DNA of 64,000 bases from Octopus sinensis (taxonomy: Eukaryota): NCBI RefSeq assembly GCF_006345805.1, contig NC_043008.1, positions 30,690,001 through 30,754,000 on the forward strand, read 5' to 3'. The first letter of the stretch is position 1. Each line of letters begins with the position of its first letter. The notes beneath the pieces were generated by a model. It saw nothing but the letters and a program-made list of their open reading frames with translations, was not told the DNA's origin and searched no databases. This document shows, piece by piece, positions 51,465-64,000 of the stretch. Made by a program: the position numbers and the translations under genes.

Positions 51465-51645
51465 CGCAAAATATTTAAGATGATGTCAGTAAGACAAAAT
51501 AAAGGCAACAACTGTTATATTTATATTGGTTGTTTCATGAAGCTATGAAATGTTGAGAAAGATTCCTCTTTTTGAAATAGAATAAACACAATATTCAAAG
51601 AGTCACAAGAAATGTGTTCCTATCGGCAGTCCATTGTAGAATATG

Positions 51646-51674
51646 GATAGATAGATAGATAGATAGATAGATAT

Positions 51675-51724
<50 letters not shown>

Positions 51725-51765
51725 GGATAGATAGATAGATAGATAGATGGATAGATGGATAGATG

Positions 51766-51825
<60 letters not shown>

Positions 51826-51990
51826 CATAGATACATAGATAGATAGATATATACATACATAGACAGACAGACAGACAGACAGACATATAGATAGATAGAT
51901 AGATAGATACATACATACATACATACATAGACAGTGAGACAGACATATAGATAGATAGATAGATAGAGAGAGAGTGAGTGAGAGAGAGAG

Positions 51991-52086
<96 letters not shown>
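51646..52086. repeat. Compound (GATA)/(GACA)/(CATA)n tetranucleotide array, about 440 bp
   Basis: Directly visible. Confidence 0.98.
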
Positions 52087-52233
52087 GCATATAAATCTAC
52101 GCGCACAATTGCTGATATTTAAATACGTATTGGAAGAGAACTCTAAATATTCAAGTAGATGGAAATACTCGGCGATCCAGACGTGTATGCAATACGTTAT
52201 TTGGAGGTAAGAAATTCATAATTCAGTTCATTG

Positions 52234-52810
52234 TACGAGGACATAATAACAACTGTACAGGATGACCAGGAAGAAGTGAAATCTTGCATGCATTAAATTC
52301 AGTCCTTCTTATTAATAACTACATTGTTCCTTTCCAGGTATAATGACATCTGACTGTTTAAAGAAGACTTAAAAATGACTAATGGCAGCTTCTTTTGAAA
52401 ATGGATGAAATTCGGCATCAAGTACCTGCAGAAAAATTATTTAGCCTCTAAGAAGGTTCAAGCCCACATGTTTACTACATGAGAGAATTATGTTACAAAT
52501 TTATCAACAGCGTGAAAGTGGGCAGCAGAACTTAGGTGGGGAAGGGAGCCTCTTAAAGTTGACCCAAGGTTTGGTCGTCTTGCAACTTCCATCACCGAAG
52601 AAAAAATCAATCGAACTCTCCACGTGGTGATGGATGACAGGTGGTTTATTATAAATCAATTAGGCCCTGCTGTTAGCATATCCCGTGAGAGAGGTTGAGA
52701 ATATCGTGCACAATTAACTTGGTATGGCGAACATCTCTGTTCGGTGGGTGCCACGTCTTCAGGCACCTTACTAAAGGCACACAAGGCTGATCACATCCCA
52801 GAAAAATCCA
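52234..52810 (+). mobile_element. Mariner transposase N-terminal relic
   Basis: RWGREPLKVDPRFGRLATSITEEKINRTLHVVMDDRWFIINQL...LGMANISVRWVPRL, containing the mariner DD.RSGRP and WVPRxL motifs; frameshifted and truncated. Confidence 0.8.
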
Positions 52811-53299
52811 CCATAAGATTCATAGCTTAATGGACTGGAGCAACGTAAAATGAAATATTATGCTCAAGAATACATAGCACGACCGGTTTGCGATCGGGAG
52901 TGCAAAGCCTTAGTCACTTGACAACAACCATTCAAATACACACGCGCACACAAAAGAATCCACACATCTCTGTATGTCTGTTTCGCTCACATAAACACTT
53001 GCTGAAAGCGAGGAAATAGACGAAAAAGATTCATGAAGAAGTTCAGTTATGTATCAATTGATTTCAGGATTACGAACCAATGCCCGTTTTCCTTCCTCAG
53101 CATAACACAACCAGATGAATATGATAATAAACAATTATACACACCACGCTTTCAGCGCGTGTTTATGTGATACTTGAGGTAGTTTAACATCATTTGGCGT
53201 CTACCTTTAACATGTGGCTCGGCCTGTTGAAATACTCGCTAGTTGCCCTTAATATAGCATTATAATTATAAAATTATGTACTCAATAGTTAAGATGTCT

Positions 53300-56130
53300 A
53301 AAATTGGTTGTGTTCATGAGTTAAAATATTTATGAATTCCGAAATTGATTGTATTCATACTGAGGTGTTGATTGTATTTTTCAGTTAATGTATTCTCTTT
53401 ATTTAACCGTTGTTGTATAAAAGTTGCTTCAGTGCGTTGGTAATTAGGATAAAAATGTGAAGTTCATTTAGAGATTCGCCGCACATCTCTTTATGTGTTC
53501 GCTTATTAGTATATGTCTATGCCTTGGGAAACGGATTTATGCAGTGTTGCTCTCCTTTTAAGAGACATTCTTGTTTGACCTATAGAATTGTGTCTATATT
53601 CTGAACAAGTTATCACATAGATTAAGGTTTCGGATGTACAAGTAAAATCATTCCTAATTATGAATCTCCGGCCTTGTTTAAAATGGAATTCTGAACCTTC
53701 CAGTCGGATGAAGCATGTTCTCCACCTGGGCTGCCCGCATGAGTTCTGTTAGAAATAATTTCACACCAGTCAGTATTCGCTTTAGTTATTTTCGCTGATT
53801 TTTATTTTTGATGAATTTTTGTATGTGTAGAATCTTTCATCTTAGGGTCCTTAGTGAGCACAGGTAAGTTTTTGAATAATAGTGTTATATGCTTTATTGT
53901 TTCAAGGGTTGTGAGTAAACATTTGGGCTAGTATTTTTTAAACTGAGTGTTTTATTTCGTTTTATTTCCTTTGATGTTTCGATATCAATTCTCTTCGGAC
54001 GTTTAATATCAACATTTATTTGTGAGAGTGGATAGTGCCTCTCGACTAATATGGTTTTTAAGTTTATAAAATCGCAGGTCCCGGGTATTTGCATCAAACA
54101 CTATTCTGCAAATTCTTTTCGCTAAATTGAAGGGGCTTCATATTTTAATGTATTTCGGATAGCATGAATTAAATAGTAGGCATTGCTTCGAATCTATAGA
54201 TATATGATAGACATCAGTTACAATTTCTTTATTGAATTTTTAAAATTAAATATCAAGGAATAGAAGTTCCTTCCCATGAATTTTAGTATTTATACCTATT
54301 TCTTTACTACCCACAAGGGGCTAAACACAGAGAGGACAAACAAGCACAGACAAACGGATTAAGTCGATTATATCGACCCCAGTGCCCAACTGGTACTCAT
54401 TTAATCGACCCCGAAAGGATGAAAGGCAAAGTCGACCTCGGCGGAATTTGAACTCAGAACGTAGCAGCAGACGAAATACTGCTAAGCATTTCGCCCGGCG
54501 TGCTAACGTTACTGCCAGCTCGCTGCCTTAGTATTTATACCATTAAGCAGTGTTTTAAATTCGAACGGTTTATCAATACTTTTATTCCAAAGGATAAAGT
54601 TATCATCCAGATACCTTTTCCAGTTCTCTCTTATATATTGCTAAAATAAGTATCCGTATTTTTCTATATATCCTATTAATAGGTTATCAAAAACTGGTGC
54701 TACTTTTGTTCCCATCGCAATTTGACATTTGTCGGTAGTAATTGGCATCAAACAAGTAGTAATTGTTCTGGAGGATAAATTTTGAATGCTTCAGTTATAA
54801 ATTTCTTGTTGATCCGATCGGATAGTTCTTCTGGATTGCTTTCCATCCAGAATTTGACTTAGTCTATGCCATACGGATTTCGGATATTAGTATACAGGTT
54901 CACAAAATCGAATGATACCATGATTGTCTCTTTATTGTTTTTTTTAGATGGTTTAGCTTATTTAGATCATCTCTAATGAAGCTTTTGATACATTTCAACG
55001 GGGGTTTCAATAGTATGTCGAGAAAATCGCTTAAGCGGTGGGTTTCACATGATAGGCCAGTTCTAATGGTCTTAGTTTTAAATCTCCTGATTGTTTATAT
55101 ATCTGATGAATGTTTGCAGGTTTATAGTTCTTGTGGATATTTAGTAAATCATGAAAAAATTAGGTTCAAACTTAAAATTTATTATATAGTCGATTTCTTT
55201 GTCAGACTTTTTCCATGTAAGCGAAATAAGGATGACAGATTTTTCATTATTTTTCGTTGTTTATTGATTTTAACCTCTTATAAGTAGCAATTGTTTTCTA
55301 GCATGGACAGTACTAAGAATTTTGCAGTAGTCCGTATTCATCAGAACTACAGCACTTCCTTTATCGTCTTCTTTAATTGTCAATTCTTTATCATTTTGAA
55401 ATTAAATTAAGTTTTTTCCATTAAGTTTTTCCATAGCTTTGAGGTTTCATTTCATTGTTTGTGCAAGGTATTATAAGGGAAATTCAGAATGTTATCATAA
55501 AGCCATCGAGTGTTTTATTCCTATCTTTTGATGGAAGATAATTGCTTTTGTTTTTAACAAGTGATTCATCGTCGTTATTATAATTAAATAGAGCTTCCGT
55601 AAGTTGCAAATTTCAGCAAAATTCCGTAATATACTCTTTGATTTCATTCTCATTTGATCTGCGTGGTGTTGGGGTAAATTTTAGTCCTTTTTTAAGTATG
55701 TTGATTTTTGCTGTTCAGAAACGTTTCTTTGATAAGTGTATTTCCTTGGGATTTTTCCTGTAAGTTTTGTACCAACGTATGTCCCTCTTTCTCTGGACTG
55801 GGTTTAAAAAGTGTTTGTTGTAATTACATTGCTGGCTTTCTAATTATATTTGGATTATTAGAAGATTGGTTTTACGAGTTTCGAGTTAATTCGTTGAAAA
55901 TTGAATACACTCGCCTAAGTACTTCTCATTGCTGGAGGAAAATATATTCCAAACTCTGTGGCGGTTCCTTCTAGTCTTTCTAATTTGGGAATTGCTCCTA
56001 TTCCTAGTTTGAAAGCGATTTACTTCCAAGTGTGAGGATGGAATTTATATGGTCGTGTTCTTTTAAATGTCTATAGCTTGATCTAATTAGTTGTTTAGGC
56101 ATTTCTGTATAAGTTAGGTTTCCATTCTCT
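53300..56130 (-). mobile_element. Near-full-length degraded Penelope-like retroelement (RT + GIY-YIG)
   Basis: Minus-strand motifs in the expected order: ILKKGLKFTPTP (~55670-55705); VSFDFVNLYTNI (~54885-54920); IAMGTKVAPVFDNLLIGYIE (~54665-54725); WKRYLDDNFILW (~54585-54620); ELLFLDI (~54250-54270); DSKQCLLFNSC; thumb FNLAKRICRIV...ERHYP; LIYVITC; IGQTRMSLKRRATLH; ISEHIKRCA. Many stops and frameshifts. Confidence 0.92.
54297..54528 (-). mobile_element. tRNA-derived SINE, tail A, inserted into the Penelope RT; 13-bp TSD
   Basis: Reverse complement of the SINE at 19341. TSD tagtatttatacc at 54284-54296 and 54529-54541. Confidence 0.93.
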
Positions 56131-56187
56131 TTTAAATTAGGATTCATAATTAAGGAAAAAATTATAAGACAATAAAATTAAGGAAAG

Positions 56188-56224
<37 letters not shown>

Positions 56225-56290
56225 ATATACATAAATATACACACGCACACACACCCACTCGTGCACATATATATATGTATATATATATAT

Positions 56291-56495
56291 AGTTACTCCA
56301 AACATGAACAAAGAGAAAACACAACAACGCGAGGACGTGGAACAAGTATAGTGTTATTGGACGCCCAGGAAAGGAAAGCAAGAAGGAGGATTTAACTTTC
56401 GAACGGAGCTCTTCCTCAGAAACAGAGAAAAAAGAAAGGTCCAAGGAAGGGAAGACGGAGAAAGAAAATCACCAACGATATACACGCGGTCACAT
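56291..56495 (-). mobile_element. Short hammerhead-bearing terminal fragment (family H4) ending in (TA)n
   Basis: Microsatellite-bounded ~200-bp segment with the hammerhead motif at 56391-56423; its minus-strand 3' end abuts (TA)n. Confidence 0.6.
56391..56423 (-). ncRNA. Minimal hammerhead motif
   Basis: GTTT-CTGAGGA-A-GAGC-tcc-GTTC-GAAA-G-TT-AAA. Same CUGANGA-A and GAAA(C)GUU pattern as family H1, but helix III lacks the C of AACGTT. Confidence 0.55.
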
Positions 56496-57201
56496 ATTGA
56501 ACTGACCGGAAGGGAATGGGTGAAGAAAGACAAGAGAGTGCAAGAGAAGGAGGTATGTGTGTGTATGTGTTGGTATGTGCGTGCGTACAGGTCTATGTGT
56601 GTGTAATGCTAGAATGTGTGTCTGTGTGTGTGTGTGGTTGTGGCTATTTAATTATGTGTGGTTGGGCTTAGTATCGTTTAAGGTCATAGGAAGAATTTAT
56701 AGTAGGAGTGGCTCCTGTTGTGTGTCTACCTACACATGTGCGTAGGGGAATAGTCAGTGGAAGGTACTGGTAGTTTGAAGTATGTGTGTGTGTGCGTGTA
56801 TGTATATGTAATGTGTGTGTGTTTTGCTTGCAGTGTGTGTGTATATGTATGTATGTGTGTGTTTGTGTGTGTATGTGTGTATTCGTAGGTATTGTGTGTG
56901 GGGAGAGTAACTGTACTTTACTTTGTGTATACGTGCGTGTGTGCTTGTACGTGCGTATGTGTATGTGTGGGTGCGTGTATGCATAAATTGTGTGTGTATG
57001 TAAATGCATGGGTGTGTATGTAAATTTGTGTATGCGTGTGTGCGCGGGTTGTATGGCGGGTTTTTTGTGGGGTTTATGTAGGCGTATATGTGCGTACCTA
57101 TGTGTATGTGCATGCGTGTCTGTATGTGTATTGTGTGTTACAGGTATATGTGCGTGTGTGTATGTGCCTCTGTGAATGATGCACACACACGCATAATAGA
57201 A

Positions 57202-57240
<39 letters not shown>

Positions 57241-57242
57241 TT

Positions 57243-57458
57243 AAATAATGAGGGTGATAAATTGAATATTAATTTAATTAATATCAATTTAAAACCTAGC
57301 ATATAGAAAAATCTGAAAATTCAGAAAAATTGTAATACATGCGTATGCTAGGGATGACTACTAAGTGGACATCCAATATGCTAGAAGAAGGTCACCTACG
57401 ATCTAACTATAAAGAAAAGAATGTTCTCCAGAGAAATTCAGCAAACACCAGAACAAGC
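57243..57458. mobile_element. Family F, copy 3 (no inverted arm)
   Basis: aaataatgagggtgataaattg...gggatgactactaagtggacatccaatatgc...gcaaacaccagaac; begins at (TA)n. Confidence 0.82.
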
Positions 57459-57822
57459 ATTTTAAGCACTGCTGGATCACGTTCTATTTCATCATTTTCA
57501 TGTATTTTTTTTCTTTCACGAATACCTCATACATTCAAGGTGACACAAGTTATAGATACCAAAAATATGTTGCTTTTTTTACAGTAAAAGTAAAAATACC
57601 AATTTCAAAACATATAGTCCAAATTCGATAAATGAAGCGAAAAATACAAATAAATATATAATTCAGATGAAAACTAGAGATTCTTGTCTTTTTATGTCTT
57701 TTATCCCGTCTTCTTATTCTATTGTATGTTTGTCCTTTTTTGTCTTAAGACAATTACGGTATGTCTTGTTTCCTAAAGTTAGTAGTAAGTAGTATACATA
57801 CATACATACATACATACATACA

Positions 57823-57858
<36 letters not shown>

Positions 57859-58027
57859 TATATATATGTGTGTAAGTATATATATATATATAAATATAAA
57901 CACACTTATATGTATGTATATATTTATGCATATATATATATATATATCTGTGTATATATCTATGTACGTATGTTTGTATGCTTATGTTGATATATATATA
58001 CATATCAACATATGCATATATATATAT

Positions 58028-58102
<75 letters not shown>

Positions 58103-58453
58103 CGTATGAATTTATGTATGTATATGTATATATATATATGTATCTATGTATGTATATATGGACATATATATGTATGTATACACATGTGTATGTATATTTT
58201 TTTCGCTGGCATGAGACTAAAAACTCACCATCTGCCAGCTGCTACTACTGCACACAGAAACAAATATAGTAATTTGTAAGTGAAGCCTGTTTATTCCATT
58301 TACTTGTGTAAATATTTATATAAATTCTATACACTGAGTTCGCTATGTTTATCCTGCTTAAGGAATAACCACCTGAATGATAGCATATGGTAGCCGATAA
58401 CAGTATAGAAGATTTTCAATGCACCATATGAGGTTATTACCTAGATAATATTT

Positions 58454-58498
<45 letters not shown>

Positions 58499-59836
58499 CT
58501 ACGTTCACGCATTATTTTTATATGTGTGTACTTATGAAAAAATAATCTTTTACCATGAATAAAATCTAAGTCTTTCTTTCCATTTTGTGCAATAAAGCTC
58601 TGAATACCTAAGTATTCATAATTATTTCACCTAAATAACTAAAGTAAACAAATCTAATGAATTATGAATAAGTCTTAGGTGATCGTCACGTACAATACAA
58701 ATGAGAACATAACGTCATTAGGAATACTTATAATGACGAGTATAATTAACATTTATGATAATTATGATCAGGTATATAAGCATATATGGGTGTACATTCT
58801 AAGGAAAGGTACGTTACTTGTAGCTTGTATACTATTTTTGGGTGATGTTTTTTTTTTGTTGTATATTATGTTTTTGCTTCTTTACCAGATTAGCTTCGAT
58901 CAAGGTGTGATATGAAAGCGTTCCAACCTTGAGCATTTCATTTCATATTCAGATTATTTATGGAGGGTTGCTTTGATATATATCATTCACTTTTGCCAGT
59001 ATTAAGTTACGGCTTGAAGGAAATGAAAATTTGTCTCCTATATGTGGCAAGTTGGGTCACCGAAAATTTCCCTTTCCGGTTTGTTCTGGATCAAATATCT
59101 ACCGCGTGGAGCAAGGTGTCTATAGAATTAAATACAAATCAAGATACAGAATAACTCTCACCTATGATCTCCTTATCCTAAGTAGCAATTACTTTTCTTT
59201 TATTCAGGCACAAACCGATTCTTAAAGGTTACACTGTTGGTGATATTACAATAATTATTTACGTTACTTTATTGCAGGTATATGTATATTTTATCTTCTC
59301 TTCCGTTGCCCAGAAATCAATATTGGCCTCTGCGATTTGGTATTTCAAATCGAAGCAAGAAAATATGACTCATTATTATGCATTAATTTGATGTTTTACG
59401 GCTGAGTAATCAAAAGAAAGAAACATGTTGGTAACAACGAGATTGACGGCGACGACGACGGCGGTGATGATGATGATGATGATGACGACTTCCACCACCA
59501 CGACGATGATCATGATCATGATTATTAGGATATTGTGGATGATGGAAAACATAAATTGAAACATACTATACGCTACAAATTCCCCACGGATAATTAATGA
59601 TGAAACAATACTCATGACTTCACTCACTGCTAAAATAAACACGTACAGTTCACATTAGTCTCAGGTAAAATAAGCAATCTAATGGCCAACAGACAAACTA
59701 CAAGGAATGTATACGAAGAAATAAAATTATATTTAAAAGTAATTCAATTATAGCACCGTTGTATATTCAATACGACATACTTAAAATATGTTCTTCACAT
59801 CTGTGTGTATGAAACGTACATGTATATGCGTGTGTG

Positions 59837-59888
<52 letters not shown>

Positions 59889-59921
59889 ATATTATATATA
59901 TATATATCCCTAACTATTAAT

Positions 59922-59942
59922 AGATAGATAGATAGATAGATG

Positions 59943-60020
<78 letters not shown>

Positions 60021-60044
60021 CAGATAGATAAATAGTTAGATAAG
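59922..60044. repeat. (GATA)n microsatellite at the 3' junction of the Tx1-like LINE
   Basis: Directly visible. Confidence 0.97.
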
Positions 60045-61661
60045 TTTCTTTATTGGCCACACAGGGCTGCACACATATGGGACAAATTACAAGGTAGAGC
60101 TTTTCTTTTGGGGGATGAAAAAAAAAGAGAAAAGTGGCGTAGGTTTTCGATCAAAAGGGATCGTAAAAGGGAAAAAAGAAAAAAAAGGAAAAGAAACAAA
60201 AGAAAAGAAAAAAGAAAAAAGAGGAAAATAGGGGAAGAGGAAAAAAACGATCAATAGGGGTCGTGTATCACAGTGTCAGAAGCAGGTAAGGTTTATCTGT
60301 GGGAAGAAAAGCCTACGAAAAAGAACACGGTAACCTCGGTTAATATTGTTATATGTTACCACATTTGTTTGCAAGTGGGTAACCCTCTGTTTTCAATTTC
60401 TGGGTTCATAGGATTATGCTCAAGGTGGCTTCGTCATTCATACGTGCCATCCTTGCTACATTCACCCATCTTTTTTTAAAACATTCGCTAGACAAAACTT
60501 GCCTCTCTACTCTCACTTTCCTTTTCAAGTGGTACTTGAAGAAGTTGATGAGAGATTGACCAGAGAGAAAAGTGTTTGTCCCCGATACTTTCAGACGCGT
60601 CCACGAGATACATTCTTTCGCCATAGCCACAAGGATGATGAAAATAGCTCTTCCTTCCCATTTGAAGGAAGGAGGTGTGACAATATTGACGATAGACTCA
60701 GCTGATAAACCGACTCGTCCCACACGTGACAGCAGTTGTTCGACATAAGCCCACAGGTCGGAAATTGTTGGACACTGCACGAGTGCGTGCAGAACGGTTT
60801 CGTCGCTCTGACCGCATCTCGGGCAGGTCGGCCCCCTGTTTCTCGAGCCGTGTCTGTAGAGCTTATCCCGAACGGGTAGCGCTTCTCGGTAGCACTGCCA
60901 GGCCAGGGATCTCTGTAAGTTGTCCATGGGCCCTGGCCCGAAAGTCGTCCCGAACAGGCGGGTCAGGTATTCCTCGTCGACGTCCAAGTTCGCCCCGAGC
61001 TCGTCGTTGTACCTCCCCTCCACTAATCCCCTATAGAATGTTTGGGTTGTGATGGAGTCACTCAGGGTCGACCCGGGACGGCAGAGTTGCTTGAGAGCAA
61101 CGCGACACTCGCGGTGCCATTCGCCCTTCCTCGGCCTCTTTTTAATCCACGACTGCAGTTCAGTCATGGAGACGAGCTGCGGGAAAGCGTGCCTCGCAAA
61201 CGGCGACCACACCTGTTCACCGTCGTCTACGAAGAGCCTGAAATGTCGCAGTCTCAGCGCGTGTCTGCGAATCATCAACCACGGCATGCCCAGTTCTCCT
61301 TTTAACGGGTGTTGACAGCAAATGGATCGCCTGACCATCGGGACGCATCCTTTCAAAAGAAGCGAAAGAGAATGCGTTCTAGTTTGGTGATGGTAGGGTC
61401 GGGACAAGGCACGACGGTCAGGCGGTAGTAGATGACGGACGCGATGTACGTGTTCGCCACCTCCGCCAAACCTTTTAGGGACAGTTTCCTCTCGGCCCAT
61501 TGCCGGGCGAGAGTGACCACCCTACTCGTTATCTCGTTCCAGTTCTTCTCCATTTGGAGGTCCGGACCGAACCAGACCCCGAGCAACTCGACCGGACCGT
61601 CGGTCCAGCGTCCCACAACGGAGGCGCTGGTGGACGGCATGGGCTTGCTTCTCCAGGTGCC
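60045..61661 (-). mobile_element. 5'-truncated L1/Tx1-like LINE (ORF2 C-terminal part + 3' UTR), young
   Basis: VELLGVWFG...ERKLSLKGLAEVANTYIASVIYYRLTVVP...FRF[frameshift]KGCVPMVRRSICCQHPLKGELGMP...LAWQCYREALPVRDKL...CPRCGQSDETVLHALVQC (CCHC knuckle). One frameshift near 61353 in about 1.25 kb of coding sequence; GC-rich relative to flanks; AATAAA at 60049-60054. Confidence 0.9.
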
Positions 61662-61699
61662 TAAGATAGATAGATTCATATAGCCTTTTACACTTAATG

Positions 61700-62150
61700 T
61701 AGTCTCCGCGAAAAAATGTCAGATTTCATATTCTATTTTACGACTTAATGTTATATCTGATGTTCGGTTGGTATTTTATCCTCCTTTCTTAGACAACCTG
61801 AGATCTGCATTTATATTAATTATTTCGGAAAGAGCTTTGCATTTGTAATATTTTGAATTGTTAAGCTTCGCAGTTACGCATACGTAACATTTGGTTGAGC
61901 TGTTGTTTTTAGCGAGAGATTTACTCGGTACACTACTGGATCTTTTAAGCACAAACCCCCTGAGGAGCAGTTTATAGCGTTTTTCCGGTTACATGTTAGG
62001 GTAGGTTTGGTGTTGTTGGTGTATTTGGTATTGATGCAGCAAAGTTAGAGAAGTGTAACTAATTTTAACATTATTTCGGTTGAGCGCTGTATAGTATCTG
62101 CATTGATGAGGGTAGAGTTTATATTTATTTTTATCTTTTATCTCTTACAT
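61700..62150 (-). mobile_element. Penelope-like Zn-linker/GIY-YIG relic (type A)
   Basis: TCNRKNAINCSSGGLCLKDPVVYRVNL, then after a frameshift CYVCVT...LRLSK, resembling CNC..K..CPL.G.CL...VVY.A.V...YIG.T. Confidence 0.6.
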
Positions 62151-62759
62151 GTGTTACTAATTAGATTGCTGCCATACTGGGACATCCTTTGAAGGGTATT
62201 GTTGAGCAAATCGCCATCGCTAATTACGTATTAAGCCTAGTAATTATTCTATCGACAACTTTTCGCCGAGCTGCTAAGTCATGCGGAGGTAAACAAACCA
62301 GCATCCGTTGACAAGTGGTGGGGAGGTCAAGCGCAAACACATTCTCTCGAGTTGCCCAAAACCAAAATAAGTTGTGGCAACACGACGAGTTAGAGAAAAT
62401 GATACATTGGAAACAGTGAAAAGAGGACGCGAAAGAGAAGCAGGTGGAGGCTAAAGAGTCAAGTGGAGTCGTAGATCTGAAAAATCTAGTGGAATTTTCC
62501 TATCTAAACGAGCCAGGTGCTTCAGCACAACAAAGTTGACCTAGTGGTGGCAGACAAGGTGAACTTCATGCCCTCTAGAACTGGTGATGCGTGCCCCTTT
62601 GACCTGCAAATAGTCAAGAAGGAATGCAAAAAACATAGACATGTTTTAAATAGGAGATAGTTTGAGTGCGGAAAATGAAAAAAGGTGAAAACAGTGCCAA
62701 TTATTGCTGGGAAAAATATCACAAGGAATATAAAGGAAATCGAAAAAGAGTACCCAGTA

Positions 62760-64000
62760 GAAGCGTTACAAAAGGTTTGCCTCGGGTGAGGTTATGAAGC
62801 AGGTAGATGAGAAGGGCTATAAGTACTTGGGGATTTTGGAAATGGATAAATTGATAGAGAAGAAATGACAGAAAAATTTAAGGTGGAGAACTTGCGCAGA
62901 TTGAGATTGATCCTTAAGTCGAAATTAAATGGATGGAATAAGATCGAAGCTATCAACACCTGCGCCGTTTCACTCCATAGCAGGGGTAATCGCATGGATG
63001 GTAGACGAACTAAACAGCTTAGACAGAAAGACAAGGAAGTTACTAACTAGATATGGGTCACTCCACCCAAAAACTGACACAGACTGACTGTATGTAACAA
63101 GAAAAAGTGGGGGATGAGGATTATTGGATGCGAACGCAACATTAGAGCAGAAGAAAACAACATAGCATGGTATGTAAAAAATGCCACAGAACTGCTATTA
63201 TTAGAGGTAAGAAGGTCAGGCTTGTGTAGGATGAAAGATTGCAAAGATAAAGCACTATACAAGAAATTGAAAACGAATGCAGCTGAAAATAGGATGGGTA
63301 AAGAAAAGAATGCATGGTCAATTTCATAGGGATGCTGAAGATAAGACAAAGAAGAAAGATGGCTGTGGATGACTAAAAGTGATTTAAAACCGGAAACGGT
63401 AGCTCTAATCTGTGCTGCCCAAGAGCAAGTACTAAGAATAAACTACATAAAATACAGAATAAACAACACAGCAGAAAGTGGAAAGGGCAGAATCTGTGGA
63501 CAAAACGGTGGAAATATATGGCATATTACCAACCAATGTATGCCACTAGCTCAGAAGGAATATAAGAGACGCCACAACAATATAGCCAGGCTTGTCCATT
63601 GGACACTTTGCAACAAGTATGGACTTGACAGAGCAAAAATTGGTACGACCACAAACCTGAAGACATCGTCGAAAATAGAAATGCAAAGATCCAATGGAAT
63701 TTTATGATTCTGTGCGACCATAAGATCGAGAATAAGAAGCTGGACATAGTCTTAATTAAGAAAGAAAACAAACTATGCTGGATCGCAGATATAGCACGCC
63801 CAGCTGACAAGGTATGCGATAAGGAAGACAGAAAAGTCGAGAGTTATGACAGTTTAGCTTGGGAAGTTAAGCAGTTGTGGTCAATGAAAAAGGTAGCAGT
63901 AGTACCAATAATTGTAGGGGCCTGAGAACAGTGATCAAAAATCTTGATAAGTACGTGGAACAAATAGGGGCTGCAATAAGAGTGGAGAATTTGCAGAAAA
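62760..64000 (+). mobile_element. R4/Dong-like non-LTR retrotransposon, C-terminal part (RT thumb, Zn knuckle, REL endonuclease), frameshifted; runs off the window
   Basis: GEVMKQVDEKGYKYLG; LKSKLNGWNKIEAINT; LHPKTD; LKPETVALICAAQEQVLR; GRICG...HITNQCMPLAQKEYKRRHNNIARLVHW; KLDIVLIKK...DIARP...KVESY..L..EVKQLW...VVPIIVGA. Confidence 0.9.

Overview
AT-rich, microsatellite-saturated eukaryotic non-coding DNA. The repeat families look like those I associate with Octopus/coleoid cephalopod genomes (inference from recall, not a search). I found no supportable host protein-coding gene, rRNA, intact tRNA or CRISPR array; most ORFs in the track are translations of simple repeats. The window is a graveyard of mobile elements: tRNA-derived SINEs (several with 12-15 bp target-site duplications), mariner and maT-type DNA transposon relics, and non-LTR retrotransposon relics (RTE/CR1-like RT, HERO-like, Tx1-like, R4/Dong-like). 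It also holds five Penelope-like element (PLE) coding relics, one nearly full length. The most striking unexplained structure is a set of short fold-back (inverted-arm) inserts, most sitting in (TA)n tracts. Several carry minimal type I hammerhead ribozyme motifs whose helix III is a palindrome, the dimer-cleaving type known from PLEs. One family joins a Pol III tRNA-like head to an (AAT)n spacer and a hammerhead tail. Separately, the commonest SINE shares its 3' end (21/24 nt) with a young Tx1-like LINE that sits inside a (GATA)n microsatellite. All motifs and alignments were read by eye, so coordinates may be off by a few bases.
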